Positions 9,413 through 18,501 of a stretch of DNA of 64,000 nucleotides are shown piece after piece. The stretch spans positions 2,527 to 66,526 of IMG/VR virus record IMGVR_UViG_3300025009_000094; one strand, 5' to 3'. Position 1 is the first letter of the stretch. Each line of letters opens with the position of its first letter. Source of the stretch: a virus. The position numbers were made by a program, and so were the translations under genes. Under the pieces are notes generated by a model. The model searched no databases and was not told the DNA's origin. It worked only from the letters and a program-made list of their open reading frames with translations.

Positions 9413-10708
9413 TTATAGATTAGCCACGTCTAATACCTGCATTTTTGGCTTGTCGAACTTAACAGGAATCATGACTTCTCCTTGCCCGTCCCTATTCTTA
9501 TCAAGATATACCCAATAATCAGGAGGGATTCTGTACCCCTTACTAAGTGCCTCAACCTTCTCATCTTCCGACATCGGCAAAAGTTTAATGAGTATGTCGC
9601 ACTCATTACGCATCTTCTTTGCAACTTGCAAGCTTCCGTCTTCATTCAACTGGGCCAAAACTATTATTGCTATTCCTAATTCTGATGCAATCGTTTTTAG
9701 GGTTTTACATATCAGGAAAAACTCCTGCCACTCGGTTGCGTCCTTGTCTGTCCTATCCATTCGCCCGATGTAGTCCACGAATGCCATCTTTATCCCTTTT
9801 TGCACATGTAGCTTACGGATCATACTTACCAATTTTGCTATATTCAGAGATGGGCACGGATAATGGTAAAATGGTGCTTCCTCGATAACTTCCATATGAG
9901 AAAAAATACTTAACTTTTGTAACTCAGTTATTTCGCCAAACTTAACTAGATCAGCCTCAACGCCAGAAAGCATAGAGGCGAAACGGAGTATAACCTGCTG
10001 CTTACTCATTTCAGAATTAGCGTATAAGGTCCCGGCTTCATGAAAGAAACAACCACTAGATATAAAGTTTTGAGCAAATGCGGTTTTCCCCTTGCCACTC
10101 TCGGCAGCAACTATGGCGAAATCTCCGCCCTTCCATCCACCCGTTAAGCGGTTCAATTTTCCTATGCCTGTACTTATACCTAAAAGCTCTCCCTTGTGAC
10201 TCATACGGTACTCTATGGTATCCCTGCCTATTCTAACGAGGTCCTTACCAGTGTCTATCTGCTCAGTATTATTTGTGATTAGTTCGGCAATGTCTCTTCC
10301 TGCGTTTTGAATAAGCTTGTCCACGTCAATAACTGGTTCCTTGATTTCTTCAGCTAGTTTCTTTAGTGTCATTCTCAGACTCCGAAGCCTGGCCTTGTCT
10401 TTTACGTTTTTAAACCAATAAGGAAGGGATACGGTCGAGACATGGAATCCGATGGTCTGCTTGGCGTATTCCCGATCATCGACGCTTGATAAGGTTCCTC
10501 TCTTAACTCCCTCCTTGAGCATCTCCAAGTAAGTCGGTTTAACTGCTTTTATAAGCAGTCCATTTAGTATGTCGTACATTGCTTGATGTCGTGGTTCGTA
10601 GAAATCGTTAGTTTGCATTGTGGCACATGTTTCGATCATGGATTCCTCACTCGCTAACATGGCGGCAATAATACATCTCTCGCTGTCTACGTCATAGTAT
10701 TGGTTCAT
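9413..10708 (-). CDS. dnaB: DnaB-like replicative helicase
   Basis: AAESGKGKT Walker A, SEMS, FVDYI, LAQL, KNRDG. Confidence 0.9.
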   Translation of the reverse strand: MNQYYDVDSERCIIAAMLASEESMIETCATMQTNDFYEPRHQAMYDILNGLLIKAVKPTYLEMLKEGVKRGTLSSVDDREYAKQTIGFHVSTVSLPYWFKNVKDKARLRSLRMTLKKLAEEIKEPVIDVDKLIQNAGRDIAELITNNTEQIDTGKDLVRIGRDTIEYRMSHKGELLGISTGIGKLNRLTGGWKGGDFAIVAAESGKGKTAFAQNFISSGCFFHEAGTLYANSEMSKQQVILRFASMLSGVEADLVKFGEITELQKLSIFSHMEVIEEAPFYHYPCPSLNIAKLVSMIRKLHVQKGIKMAFVDYIGRMDRTDKDATEWQEFFLICKTLKTIASELGIAIIVLAQLNEDGSLQVAKKMRNECDILIKLLPMSEDEKVEALSKGYRIPPDYWVYLDKNRDGQGEVMIPVKFDKPKMQVLDVANL

Positions 10709-10712
10709 TTCA

Positions 10713-11435
10713 TCACCACGCTTTCAATGGTCCGTCATCATTTTGCTTTACCATGTCAGCTTGATAGTTTTTATCCAAGTAATCTATATACCCACTATTA
10801 AAAAATGTACTCCCCATTTGCAGATACCTTTTTTCTTCTCCGCTCTTAGCTTTTGTGTACCTGTCAATAGCCCTAGTCATTTCTTCAATACCGATCTTGT
10901 GCAGCTTTTCCTTTTGAGATTTACTAACTCCACCCTTGCCCTCTTTTCTCGGATACGGTTTCCATAGTAATTCAAAGAAATCGACAAGATACTGATTGAT
11001 ATTCTCCTTGGATTGATATACTACTTGTGCTGTGTTGTCTTGACTACATAGCCCCTGTGTTGTCTCAGCTACATAGCCTATGTTGTCTGCGCTCACAGCC
11101 TTATCGAAGAACAGATTTTCAATGTTATGAGTGAATCTAAAATACAACGTATTATCCTTACTCTGGAATGTTTCAATCAGACTTAGTGACTTGAATTTCT
11201 TAATTCGATCACCTATTGAATGCTTATCCTTAAATCCCAGTAAGGGCATTTGCTCAAGCATATGATTGTAGTTGATCCAGATGTATTCCTTGCCATCAAG
11301 CGTCAATGTTTTCTTTTTAGTAGTAAATATCCAGTCTTTCAGATAGTCCAATATGGCCCAATCTATCAAGTCTGTCTTTTTATCTAATCCTAACTTTGTA
11401 ATGGCGTACTGATTAATTACTATGGTGTACTTCAA
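10713..11435 (-). CDS. lambda-O-like replication initiator
   Basis: N-terminal wHTH (YIWINY), C-terminal FELLWKPYPRKEGK...STFFN, internal iterons, upstream of dnaB. Confidence 0.75.
   Translation of the reverse strand: MKYTIVINQYAITKLGLDKKTDLIDWAILDYLKDWIFTTKKKTLTLDGKEYIWINYNHMLEQMPLLGFKDKHSIGDRIKKFKSLSLIETFQSKDNTLYFRFTHNIENLFFDKAVSADNIGYVAETTQGLCSQDNTAQVVYQSKENINQYLVDFFELLWKPYPRKEGKGGVSKSQKEKLHKIGIEEMTRAIDRYTKAKSGEEKRYLQMGSTFFNSGYIDYLDKNYQADMVKQNDDGPLKAW
11030..11100. repeat. three ~24-bp iterons inside the initiator gene (putative lytic origin)
   Basis: TGTGTTGTCTTGACTACATAGCC / TGTGTTGTCTCAGCTACATAGCC / TATGTTGTCTGCGCTCACAGCC. Confidence 0.65.
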
Positions 11436-11489
11436 TTATAAACACCCTCTTCAGTAAAACGGGGCAGCCGTAACCACCCCTTATTGCTT

Positions 11490-12203
11490 CTACTCAGTAA
11501 CGATAACCCTTCCGGCCTCAATTAATCCGGCAAGCGCAACATCGAAATACTGTTTAATATTCTGTCGTGCAGCCATCTTCCATGCTCCACCGTCTGCCTC
11601 AAATAGCGCGGCCTCTGGTCCTTTTCTTAAACGAAGTAAGAACTCTCCTTCAGGTTGAGGAACTTCGATAAACGTCCGATAAGGTGCCAACTTCACAATC
11701 GTAGGCATTTCCATCTTAGCAAGTGATCGAACCCCGGTATTAACGGTTACGGTCTGCGACATGCCATCATCAACGCTGGTTTTTATCGCATCCTCGACAA
11801 CTTGCCCAAGCACTTTAATAAGTTCGTCCCGTGTCCCGTTTTGCACAAATGCACTTTTTAGCAATATATTCATGGACTCAAGGTCGATATAACTGTCAAG
11901 TGTGATCCTCGGCAATTCAGCCGTTGCGGTATAAAGATTAAAGCGGTCAAGGTGTCCGCGAAGAGTTGTATGGACATTTACCTTAGTTGGGCTGTCAACG
12001 TGGACGATAAGGTCATTCAGGTAGTCGTGAGAGTGTTCCTTGAGTATTAACTCAACAAGGCTTGCGAGGGTTTTGGTGGAGAAAACGCTTGGCTCATCTT
12101 CGGGAAGTTGAAAAAGTTTGTCGTTTGTAAAACTGAACCCATTGTGAGGGACGACTTGAATATCACGGAAACTATTAATATATCTTAAAGCTGCTTCAAT
12201 CAT
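11490..12203 (-). CDS. conserved phage protein
   Basis: LAPYRTFIEVPQP...ALFEADGGAWK, common in Bacillota prophages. Confidence 0.7.
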   Translation of the reverse strand: MIEAALRYINSFRDIQVVPHNGFSFTNDKLFQLPEDEPSVFSTKTLASLVELILKEHSHDYLNDLIVHVDSPTKVNVHTTLRGHLDRFNLYTATAELPRITLDSYIDLESMNILLKSAFVQNGTRDELIKVLGQVVEDAIKTSVDDGMSQTVTVNTGVRSLAKMEMPTIVKLAPYRTFIEVPQPEGEFLLRLRKGPEAALFEADGGAWKMAARQNIKQYFDVALAGLIEAGRVIVTE

Positions 12204-12599
12204 TTATTTAACACTCCCAAATTTTAATACTTTCGATTCCTGGGCTTCAGGTTGACCGTCTTCCGGTTCATCGAAGATGCGGACTTGGTTCGGATCATCG
12301 CGAACAATCTCCGTGGCGACAGGAATTCCGTCTTTATCTGTGCCCAAAAAGAACCTTGTTGCAATCGGCGTGACGGGTGCAAGGGTAGATTTGGCTTGAG
12401 CTTCCCACCCAATAAATTCACGGTTCTCATCAGGTTTAAAGGTTAACGTCAGGGTGATTTTACGGGCCTTGGTGGCATCGGTATTCGGGTCGAGGATATT
12501 GGAGCCGATCTTTACGAATTCAGTATTAAATTGCTCGATTAATGCACCCTTTGCCATTTCAAGAACGCTTTTTTCTATAGTTTTTGACAATTTCCTCAC
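12204..12599 (-). CDS. conserved phage protein (usual partner of the 11490 gene)
   Basis: NILDPNTDATKARKITLTLTFKP. Confidence 0.7.
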   Translation of the reverse strand: MRKLSKTIEKSVLEMAKGALIEQFNTEFVKIGSNILDPNTDATKARKITLTLTFKPDENREFIGWEAQAKSTLAPVTPIATRFFLGTDKDGIPVATEIVRDDPNQVRIFDEPEDGQPEAQESKVLKFGSVK

Positions 12600-12804
12600 T
12601 CCTTATTTTTTATTATTTAGATTGCTTTAATTAAGGTGGCAAGGACTCCTTATGTTCCCCAATTGCTCGTTTTCACCTCGTTCCTTCCTATATTAATATT
12701 ATACCATTTCTGAGCCTTAAGCACAATAGGCACGCGAATACCTTAAGGGCTTATTGCGTATACTACGTCTAATATGGTATATTTGTATAAAAGGAGTTGA
12801 CGAT

Positions 12805-12978
12805 ATGGAAAAGGATTCAAAGCGTATAGGGATAATCTTTTCTAAGGAAATATTGGATATGGTAGATGATTACAGAAAGGGTGTTCCAGGGATACCGGAT
12901 CGGACTAACACGATAAGGGAAATGATCAAGTTGGGATATGAGGCTCATAAGAATAAGGAGAAGGAAAGCAAGGGATAA
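12805..12978 (+). CDS. CopG/RHH-like regulator, divergently transcribed
   Basis: AAAGGAG RBS before MEKDSKRIGIIFSKEILDMVDDYR...RTNTIREMI. Confidence 0.65.
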   Translation: MEKDSKRIGIIFSKEILDMVDDYRKGVPGIPDRTNTIREMIKLGYEAHKNKEKESKG

Positions 12979-12996
12979 TAAGCCCTTGCTTATTTT

Positions 12997-13278
12997 TTAC
13001 CCCTGTTTTATCAGTTCCTTTTCAGCCTCAGCTATAAGCCCGCCCAAATACTCTGCATTAGCCTTAACGTTAGCCGTTTGTAATTCCTCCGCCCCTTCCC
13101 ACCAATCGTCAAAGGAGTTATTTTCCTCAAGTTGTCGTTTATAGGTCTTAATTCTATCCTCATACTTCGTTTTCTCATCGAATATTCCGCAACAATTACA
13201 TTTTACGCATATTTCACCGTAGGAATCTTGGATATTTACGCAATCATTACTGACCGAGAAGTCGATATGGTTGGCCAT
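12997..13278 (-). CDS. hypothetical protein
   Basis: GGGAGG RBS; CVKCNCCG. Confidence 0.6.
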   Translation of the reverse strand: MANHIDFSVSNDCVNIQDSYGEICVKCNCCGIFDEKTKYEDRIKTYKRQLEENNSFDDWWEGAEELQTANVKANAEYLGGLIAEAEKELIKQG

Positions 13279-13341
13279 TGCTTACCTCCCTTAGTAGTTA
13301 AAAATGCACTTTATTATTAGGCATCTATTTTCTTGCACGGC

Positions 13342-13656
13342 CTACTCGATTATCCATTTTCCGTTGATCATTTCAAGGTTGAGGTCCCATTGGTTAAATT
13401 TAAGGAAACCGTCAATAGTATGACAAACGGGATGTATCTTCTTACCGCTATTTACTGCGGTCATAAAATCGACTTCCTCGCGAACTAGTTCCCAATCATC
13501 ATTAGCCTTTGGTAATGGATAAGAATAAGTATTACCCTCAGCTTTTAGTTGCCCGTCTTTATCAACTAAGACAATGGTATTATCTTTCACTCTCTTGAAC
13601 TTAGCGTTAGGATTTCCTAATGCAATCTTGAATACTTCCCATGTCTTTAATATCAC
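13342..13656 (-). CDS. hypothetical phage protein
   Basis: coupled to upstream AbrB-like gene. Confidence 0.55.
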   Translation of the reverse strand: MILKTWEVFKIALGNPNAKFKRVKDNTIVLVDKDGQLKAEGNTYSYPLPKANDDWELVREEVDFMTAVNSGKKIHPVCHTIDGFLKFNQWDLNLEMINGKWIIE

Positions 13657-13919
13657 CCATCAACACCATCCTTAACACTCTTCGCTAAAATATCAGCAGC
13701 GCATGCCCTGCAAACGACTGACCCATGCCACGCCACAACCTTATCGTCTGATCCGCAAAACATGCAGCCTAACAAGTGCTTCTGGATACGTAATCCTTTT
13801 CCGTCAGCCAACATTTCCAGGGGTGTAGTTGGCTCGTATCCCATAGAAATTCTAAGCGATTTAGGGACTGTAATCCTTCCAAAAGAGTCCATTGTTAATG
13901 AGATACCTATTGGTTTCAT
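13653..13919 (-). CDS. AbrB/MazE/SpoVT-family regulator with C-terminal Zn ribbon (clostridial AbrB-like)
   Basis: MKPIGISLTMDSFGRITVPKSLR...CMFCGS...VCRAC. Confidence 0.85.
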   Translation of the reverse strand: MKPIGISLTMDSFGRITVPKSLRISMGYEPTTPLEMLADGKGLRIQKHLLGCMFCGSDDKVVAWHGSVVCRACAADILAKSVKDGVDG

Positions 13920-14527
13920 TGATTTACCTCCGGCTTGCATTCACCACACTTCTTACAAGGATGTGCCTTTAACACAATTGGAAATAGCTCGGTTATCACA
14001 TGCCACATGTCCAATGCCATGCGATAATGCTCGTCTTGAACGTGATTTTTGCAGAGTCGCTTTTGAAAGTATTCAAACCATATTCGGATATTTCCAGCCA
14101 TAAAGAAGGAGGTTTCAATGCCAAGCGGAAGAACATATGATGAATCTTCGAGTGTTTCGTCTGCTTCGTTAAAGCGGTCATATATATGCATCGTTCTCCC
14201 TAACTCTCGCTTCATAGCGTTGGGGCTTTTTGAAGTTTCGGGGACAATGCATTTAGCCTCACTCATATCAATACTTCTGGTTGACCTCTCCATCGTACTA
14301 AACAATCTACTCCGCAATACCTGCAACCTCGCCTTAACTGATACCCCTTCAATCAACAGGCACACCCACCCAAACTCAAGAACGCTCGCATGGGGCACAG
14401 GCTTGGCCTCTAACGCCTTATCCAGTGTAGCCGGTGTACATTCCTTACCCCTGCATATTCCAAGGGCTTGTAGCATCGTATTTACCCCGTTAGCGTTATG
14501 ATCAATTAATGTTACTCTCATAAACAA
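13916..14527 (-). CDS. thyX: ThyX-like FAD-dependent thymidylate synthase (atypical motif)
   Basis: HASVLEF, QVLRSRLFSTMERSTR, YVLP, NIRIW...RLC. Confidence 0.7.
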   Translation of the reverse strand: MFMRVTLIDHNANGVNTMLQALGICRGKECTPATLDKALEAKPVPHASVLEFGWVCLLIEGVSVKARLQVLRSRLFSTMERSTRSIDMSEAKCIVPETSKSPNAMKRELGRTMHIYDRFNEADETLEDSSYVLPLGIETSFFMAGNIRIWFEYFQKRLCKNHVQDEHYRMALDMWHVITELFPIVLKAHPCKKCGECKPEVNQ

Positions 14528-14856
14528 ACCTTCCTTCTCTCGATAGCCTTATCTCTGGCCTTCATCACACCTATGATGATTTCGTGCCTATTCTGCAATG
14601 GTTCAGTTGCAGCACTTTCCTGTTCCCATCCGTAAATATTTACTCGCTTCTGAAATGCTCGATACGGGATGCCGTTTTTCTTTGCTAATTTTCTCCACTT
14701 TATATCTGTTGTTTTTCCCTTTTGAGGTGGTTCGGTTATCGCTCTCTCCATATCCCATGCAAGGTTACGTACTCGATACTCAAGAGTTGCTTTTTTGATG
14801 CCGTTTTTCTCTGCTTCTTGGTAATTGTCGGGAGAGATATAATATTGATAAGCCAT
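14518..14856 (-). CDS. conserved phage protein with duplicated WxxExAxTxP repeat
   Basis: YYISPDNYQEAEKNGI...WDMERAITEP...WEQESAATEP. Confidence 0.7.
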   Translation of the reverse strand: MAYQYYISPDNYQEAEKNGIKKATLEYRVRNLAWDMERAITEPPQKGKTTDIKWRKLAKKNGIPYRAFQKRVNIYGWEQESAATEPLQNRHEIIIGVMKARDKAIERRKVCL

Positions 14857-14858
14857 GC

Positions 14859-15080
14859 CTACCTCCGATATTTAGGCGGTATCTTCGCCAATTCCGATTC
14901 CTTCAAGCCCTTCTGCCATGCGAAAATGTCCTTATTAGGTGGTAAATCCAGCTCATTTCGCTCTTTCCATATCTTAGACTTGCCACAGCCGATTATTTTT
15001 CCAACTTCTATGTCTGTTAGGCCGGACATGTAGAGTTCTGAGAATAGGATGGGGTCTATTTCTGTTGCTGTGCTTTGCAT
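14859..15080 (-). CDS. small HTH protein similar to the 8679 N-terminus
   Basis: LYMSGLTDIEVGKIIGC...LPPN. Confidence 0.6.
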   Translation of the reverse strand: MQSTATEIDPILFSELYMSGLTDIEVGKIIGCGKSKIWKERNELDLPPNKDIFAWQKGLKESELAKIPPKYRR

Positions 15081-15123
15081 TTTATCCTCCTTTTGGTGGG
15101 CAGTGGTTAGCTGCCCTTTATTT

Positions 15124-16023
15124 TTACTGCGCTGCCTTCGATGCCTTTAGTTCGAGGTATAATTTATCAACAGATGGCTTGTCCCAATCCTTGATACTGT
15201 CAATACCTGCCGCTTTGTGAACTTCTTCTTCAGATATGCCAAGTTTCGCAATTTCACCCCAAAACGCTTGCCAATTTATTTTAGGTCCATCATTAGGTGC
15301 TTTATCTGCGCCTGTTTCTAGCCACGCTAAGAAGTTCTTGCCCGTATCTACCCCAGGACGGAATACTAACCCGTCTACGAGTGATGTACGGTCCTTGGAC
15401 GACGTTGCATTGTGGTCCTGATCTACGTCAATGAACACTGTAAACTCGTATTCCATGCCATCGCGCTGTATCGGGTTCATGCCTATCTTTTTTACAACAG
15501 TTTTTCCGGTAGGATCTTTTTCCTGAACGTGTTCCATCTTCGCCCTAAGAGTTGCGACAACGTGACACTTGCTTGTCAGGATAGATTCAACAAGTCGATT
15601 GTGCATTGGGGTTATATCTCTCCACGCTGTCCATGAGTTAACACCAGGTCTGCCGGATTTCTCTATTTGACCCTTCTTGTCAAGTAAACCACCCTCCCCA
15701 GCCCACGCATGAGTCAGGCTGTCAATGATTATTACCGAATCCCCTGCATCCTCGCACTCCTTGATGGCTGCAATGTATTTTTCAGGAGTATATGGCGTTG
15801 ATATAGGGCAGACGTTGAATACTCCTATTTCGATACCATTGTGGCGGTAATCTGCGTATAGATCCGCGCTGTTGTTCTCCGTGTCAATAACGCTAATCTT
15901 GGACCAGTCCCCCGTAATTCCATAAGCCATTAAAAGAGAACTCATGCTTTTTCCGCTACCCGCCGGACCGCTAATACCTAGTCTTAATTTAGCTTTACTG
16001 CGTTGTGCTGTTCGTCTTGCCAT
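15124..16023 (-). CDS. AAA_24/Sak4-like recombination ATPase
   Basis: GPAGSGKS Walker A, IDTE, IIIDSLTHAW, YEFTV. Confidence 0.85.
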   Translation of the reverse strand: MARRTAQRSKAKLRLGISGPAGSGKSMSSLLMAYGITGDWSKISVIDTENNSADLYADYRHNGIEIGVFNVCPISTPYTPEKYIAAIKECEDAGDSVIIIDSLTHAWAGEGGLLDKKGQIEKSGRPGVNSWTAWRDITPMHNRLVESILTSKCHVVATLRAKMEHVQEKDPTGKTVVKKIGMNPIQRDGMEYEFTVFIDVDQDHNATSSKDRTSLVDGLVFRPGVDTGKNFLAWLETGADKAPNDGPKINWQAFWGEIAKLGISEEEVHKAAGIDSIKDWDKPSVDKLYLELKASKAAQ

Positions 16024-16026
16024 TAT

Positions 16027-16584
16027 TTACCCCTCCAATTTGATAGTGACATCTTCGGTTTCCTCGACAGTAATCGGCAACACCTCACCCGTACTCGTAA
16101 ATATTGCCTTACCATCAACTATGGTTAATGCCTTTTTTAACTCCGTCTTAATAGGAGTTTTCACAACCTTGACAAACTCGCCCATACCATTATCAGACAG
16201 ATATTTGACGAGCTTTTCCTCATCTCCATAGTCGTATTTCTTCCCCTTACGGAAGCTCACAAGGCCGTATGGTGTCCTGAATCTTGCCTTTGGGTCAATT
16301 ACCCTCTGCGCTGTTGCGTACTCCCTTATAAGCCCTTCTAGGTATTGCTTGCTCTCTTGATAAGTAACGTCCTGCTTGGCAAACCATGCGTTGATTCGTT
16401 CGAGTTCGGAATTCGCTAGATTTACTTCTTCCAGACGTTTTTTGTCTAGTGAGGATAGTTTCCGTAATGCCCAATTGAGAGAGGATAAATCCGTGATACT
16501 GAACCGTTCTTTTGTTTCTCCGTCTGCGGTAGGTGTTAGGTGTTCATTTAGTTCTTCGAGTTCTTCATCTTGTAGCCAGTTGAT
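16027..16584 (-). CDS. Mu Gam-family host-nuclease inhibitor (longer than track ORF; apparent ATC start)
   Basis: frame open 108 codons upstream of 16260: INWLQDEE...FSITDLSSLNWALRKL...RTPYGLVSFRK; AAGGGGGA RBS 6 nt before ATC. Confidence 0.8.
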   Translation of the reverse strand: MNWLQDEELEELNEHLTPTADGETKERFSITDLSSLNWALRKLSSLDKKRLEEVNLANSELERINAWFAKQDVTYQESKQYLEGLIREYATAQRVIDPKARFRTPYGLVSFRKGKKYDYGDEEKLVKYLSDNGMGEFVKVVKTPIKTELKKALTIVDGKAIFTSTGEVLPITVEETEDVTIKLEG

Positions 16585-16598
16585 AAAAATTCCCCCTT

Positions 16599-17141
16599 TT
16601 ATACTCCTGCAACATTAGAAGCTAACATATCTGCATGATGCGTCCATAACACGTTCGGATATTTACGAATAGCCCGAGTGTAATAATTCCACTCTTCCTT
16701 ATCCGTAAATGCTCCCATGTGGTAACGAATACACAGCACTTCTTCCTCTGTAAGCTGCATAAGTGTTGACAAGATCATAACCGACTTATCGCCATGCCCC
16801 TTTATTAATAAGTCATCGTTATAATCCCAACCAAATGGCTTTTCGGGATTTACTTTATAAGCGTCCATTTTGCATAAATCATGGAACATACCGACAATAT
16901 AAGGACTTTCGGGCCGAGTCCATGCGAGTCTGTTTCGCAAGGAGAGATCAACGAGTTCATCCATGGTTTGCAATGAGTGGTCGAATAATCCACCCTCGTA
17001 ATTTCCGTGATACTTTTTTGACGCAGGAGAGATAAAAAAACCGTTATTTTTCAGGGAAATCATTATTCCAAGTGAATTGCGTACTATCCCCGACATTGCC
17101 GAAGTAAACTCCTGTTCCCTAACCTCTGACGTCTTATCCAT
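16599..17141 (-). CDS. HD-domain phosphohydrolase
   Basis: HGNYEGGLFDHS, FHDLCK, GHG, HMG, HHAD. Confidence 0.85.
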   Translation of the reverse strand: MDKTSEVREQEFTSAMSGIVRNSLGIMISLKNNGFFISPASKKYHGNYEGGLFDHSLQTMDELVDLSLRNRLAWTRPESPYIVGMFHDLCKMDAYKVNPEKPFGWDYNDDLLIKGHGDKSVMILSTLMQLTEEEVLCIRYHMGAFTDKEEWNYYTRAIRKYPNVLWTHHADMLASNVAGV

Positions 17142-17152
17142 GTCCTTCCTCC

Positions 17153-18061
17153 TTAAAATATCCGATTAATAACTTCAAACAGGTAATTATTGTCAACCTT
17201 GAACTCATGTTCTCCTTCGGTTTTTTTCTTTATGGCATCTATTGCCATTGAAAAGTAAGCGCTGTCCACTCCGGTTAGCTGTTCCTCTAAAATATTTACA
17301 TCTAGTAAATCCATGATATTGAGCTGCAACGCCATCTTCAGGAATTGACCTGCATTTATCGACCAACCCCTCTGAATAAACTTCCTAGTTCGCATTATTG
17401 ATGCTAACGGGTACTTACTGCCCTGATAAATTAACTCCTTAGTCAACATAGCCTCTAGCGCTTTAGCGGGAAGAACAAGGTTTCCGTTCTTCGATTCCCA
17501 ATAGCAAGTGGCATGGACAAAATCATAGTTGCTGTGAATTTCCTCTGCTTCGCCATAGAAACGAATGATTAGCTGGACTTTATTTGTTAAGGTGATTGCG
17601 TTTGATGATAGGAAAATCGGTCTGTATTCGGGTTTTTCGTCCGCTTTAACCTTTTGTAATTCCTTTAGGCTTAAATCCTCTAGCCCGTTATCGTCAAACT
17701 CAGTAGTTGGCTCAACTGAATTTGTTCCATCCTCATCCTGAATATCATCGTCTTCTGCGATTCCAACGCTTTTGATAAATACTCTCACCCTACCATTTTC
17801 CATAGTCTGAACCTCAACCGATTTTCCGGTTAGTTGGTTGAATTGTTTGGCGAAATAATGAGCAACCTTTTCACAAGTGTTCTTATCGGTGAAGTAATAA
17901 TCGAAATCATTAACTTCTTCACCGAGTAACATAGAAACGATCGAACCGCCTGTTATAATGGAGTTTTTATCAACCAGCTTACGTACTTCCTCATCTTGGA
18001 TAGTGGCAATAAAGTCCTTGTGCTTTTTAGTTAGAACCGCCTTGGTTGTCTTAGCTTTCAT
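17153..18061 (-). CDS. putative Pol-beta-like nucleotidyltransferase
   Basis: ITGGSIVSMLLGEEVNDFDYYF (GG/S..DxD), YDFVH, RTRKFIQRGW. Confidence 0.6.
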   Translation of the reverse strand: MKAKTTKAVLTKKHKDFIATIQDEEVRKLVDKNSIITGGSIVSMLLGEEVNDFDYYFTDKNTCEKVAHYFAKQFNQLTGKSVEVQTMENGRVRVFIKSVGIAEDDDIQDEDGTNSVEPTTEFDDNGLEDLSLKELQKVKADEKPEYRPIFLSSNAITLTNKVQLIIRFYGEAEEIHSNYDFVHATCYWESKNGNLVLPAKALEAMLTKELIYQGSKYPLASIMRTRKFIQRGWSINAGQFLKMALQLNIMDLLDVNILEEQLTGVDSAYFSMAIDAIKKKTEGEHEFKVDNNYLFEVINRIF

Positions 18062-18087
18062 TCTTTAATTACCGCCCTTCATTTCCA

Positions 18088-18501
18088 TTAAACAGAAGAT
18101 TCACATGGCCCACGTAGTTCTAAAGCATTACCCAATATGGTAGAATAGTTTTGAGTAGTAATTTTTCCATCCGGGGCCTCTGTTAGCGCAGGAGTCCCCT
18201 CTTTTTGCCCAATCGTCTTCTTAATCACTAAATTAATCAGCGTTTCTCCATCCACGTCTATCGAAAAATACTCCGAAATAACTCCATCCTCTACGCTAAT
18301 CCCTGCCTTGCCACGGTATTCCATCTCAGGAAATATTGCATTCAGTAAGACATCTATCTCGTCCCAATCTGCATTGACCTTGGATATTATCGTGACGCGT
18401 CTCAGTGCGTTGGAGTGACCATCGATGGCCCAATGTTCGATGAGTGGGCTGTCTCCCAAGTCTTGGATGGCAGAGAGTTCATCTTTGGTTAATTTTCTCA
18501 T
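18088..18501 (-). CDS. hypothetical protein
   Basis: 137-aa ORF in operon. Confidence 0.55.
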   Translation of the reverse strand: MRKLTKDELSAIQDLGDSPLIEHWAIDGHSNALRRVTIISKVNADWDEIDVLLNAIFPEMEYRGKAGISVEDGVISEYFSIDVDGETLINLVIKKTIGQKEGTPALTEAPDGKITTQNYSTILGNALELRGPCESSV

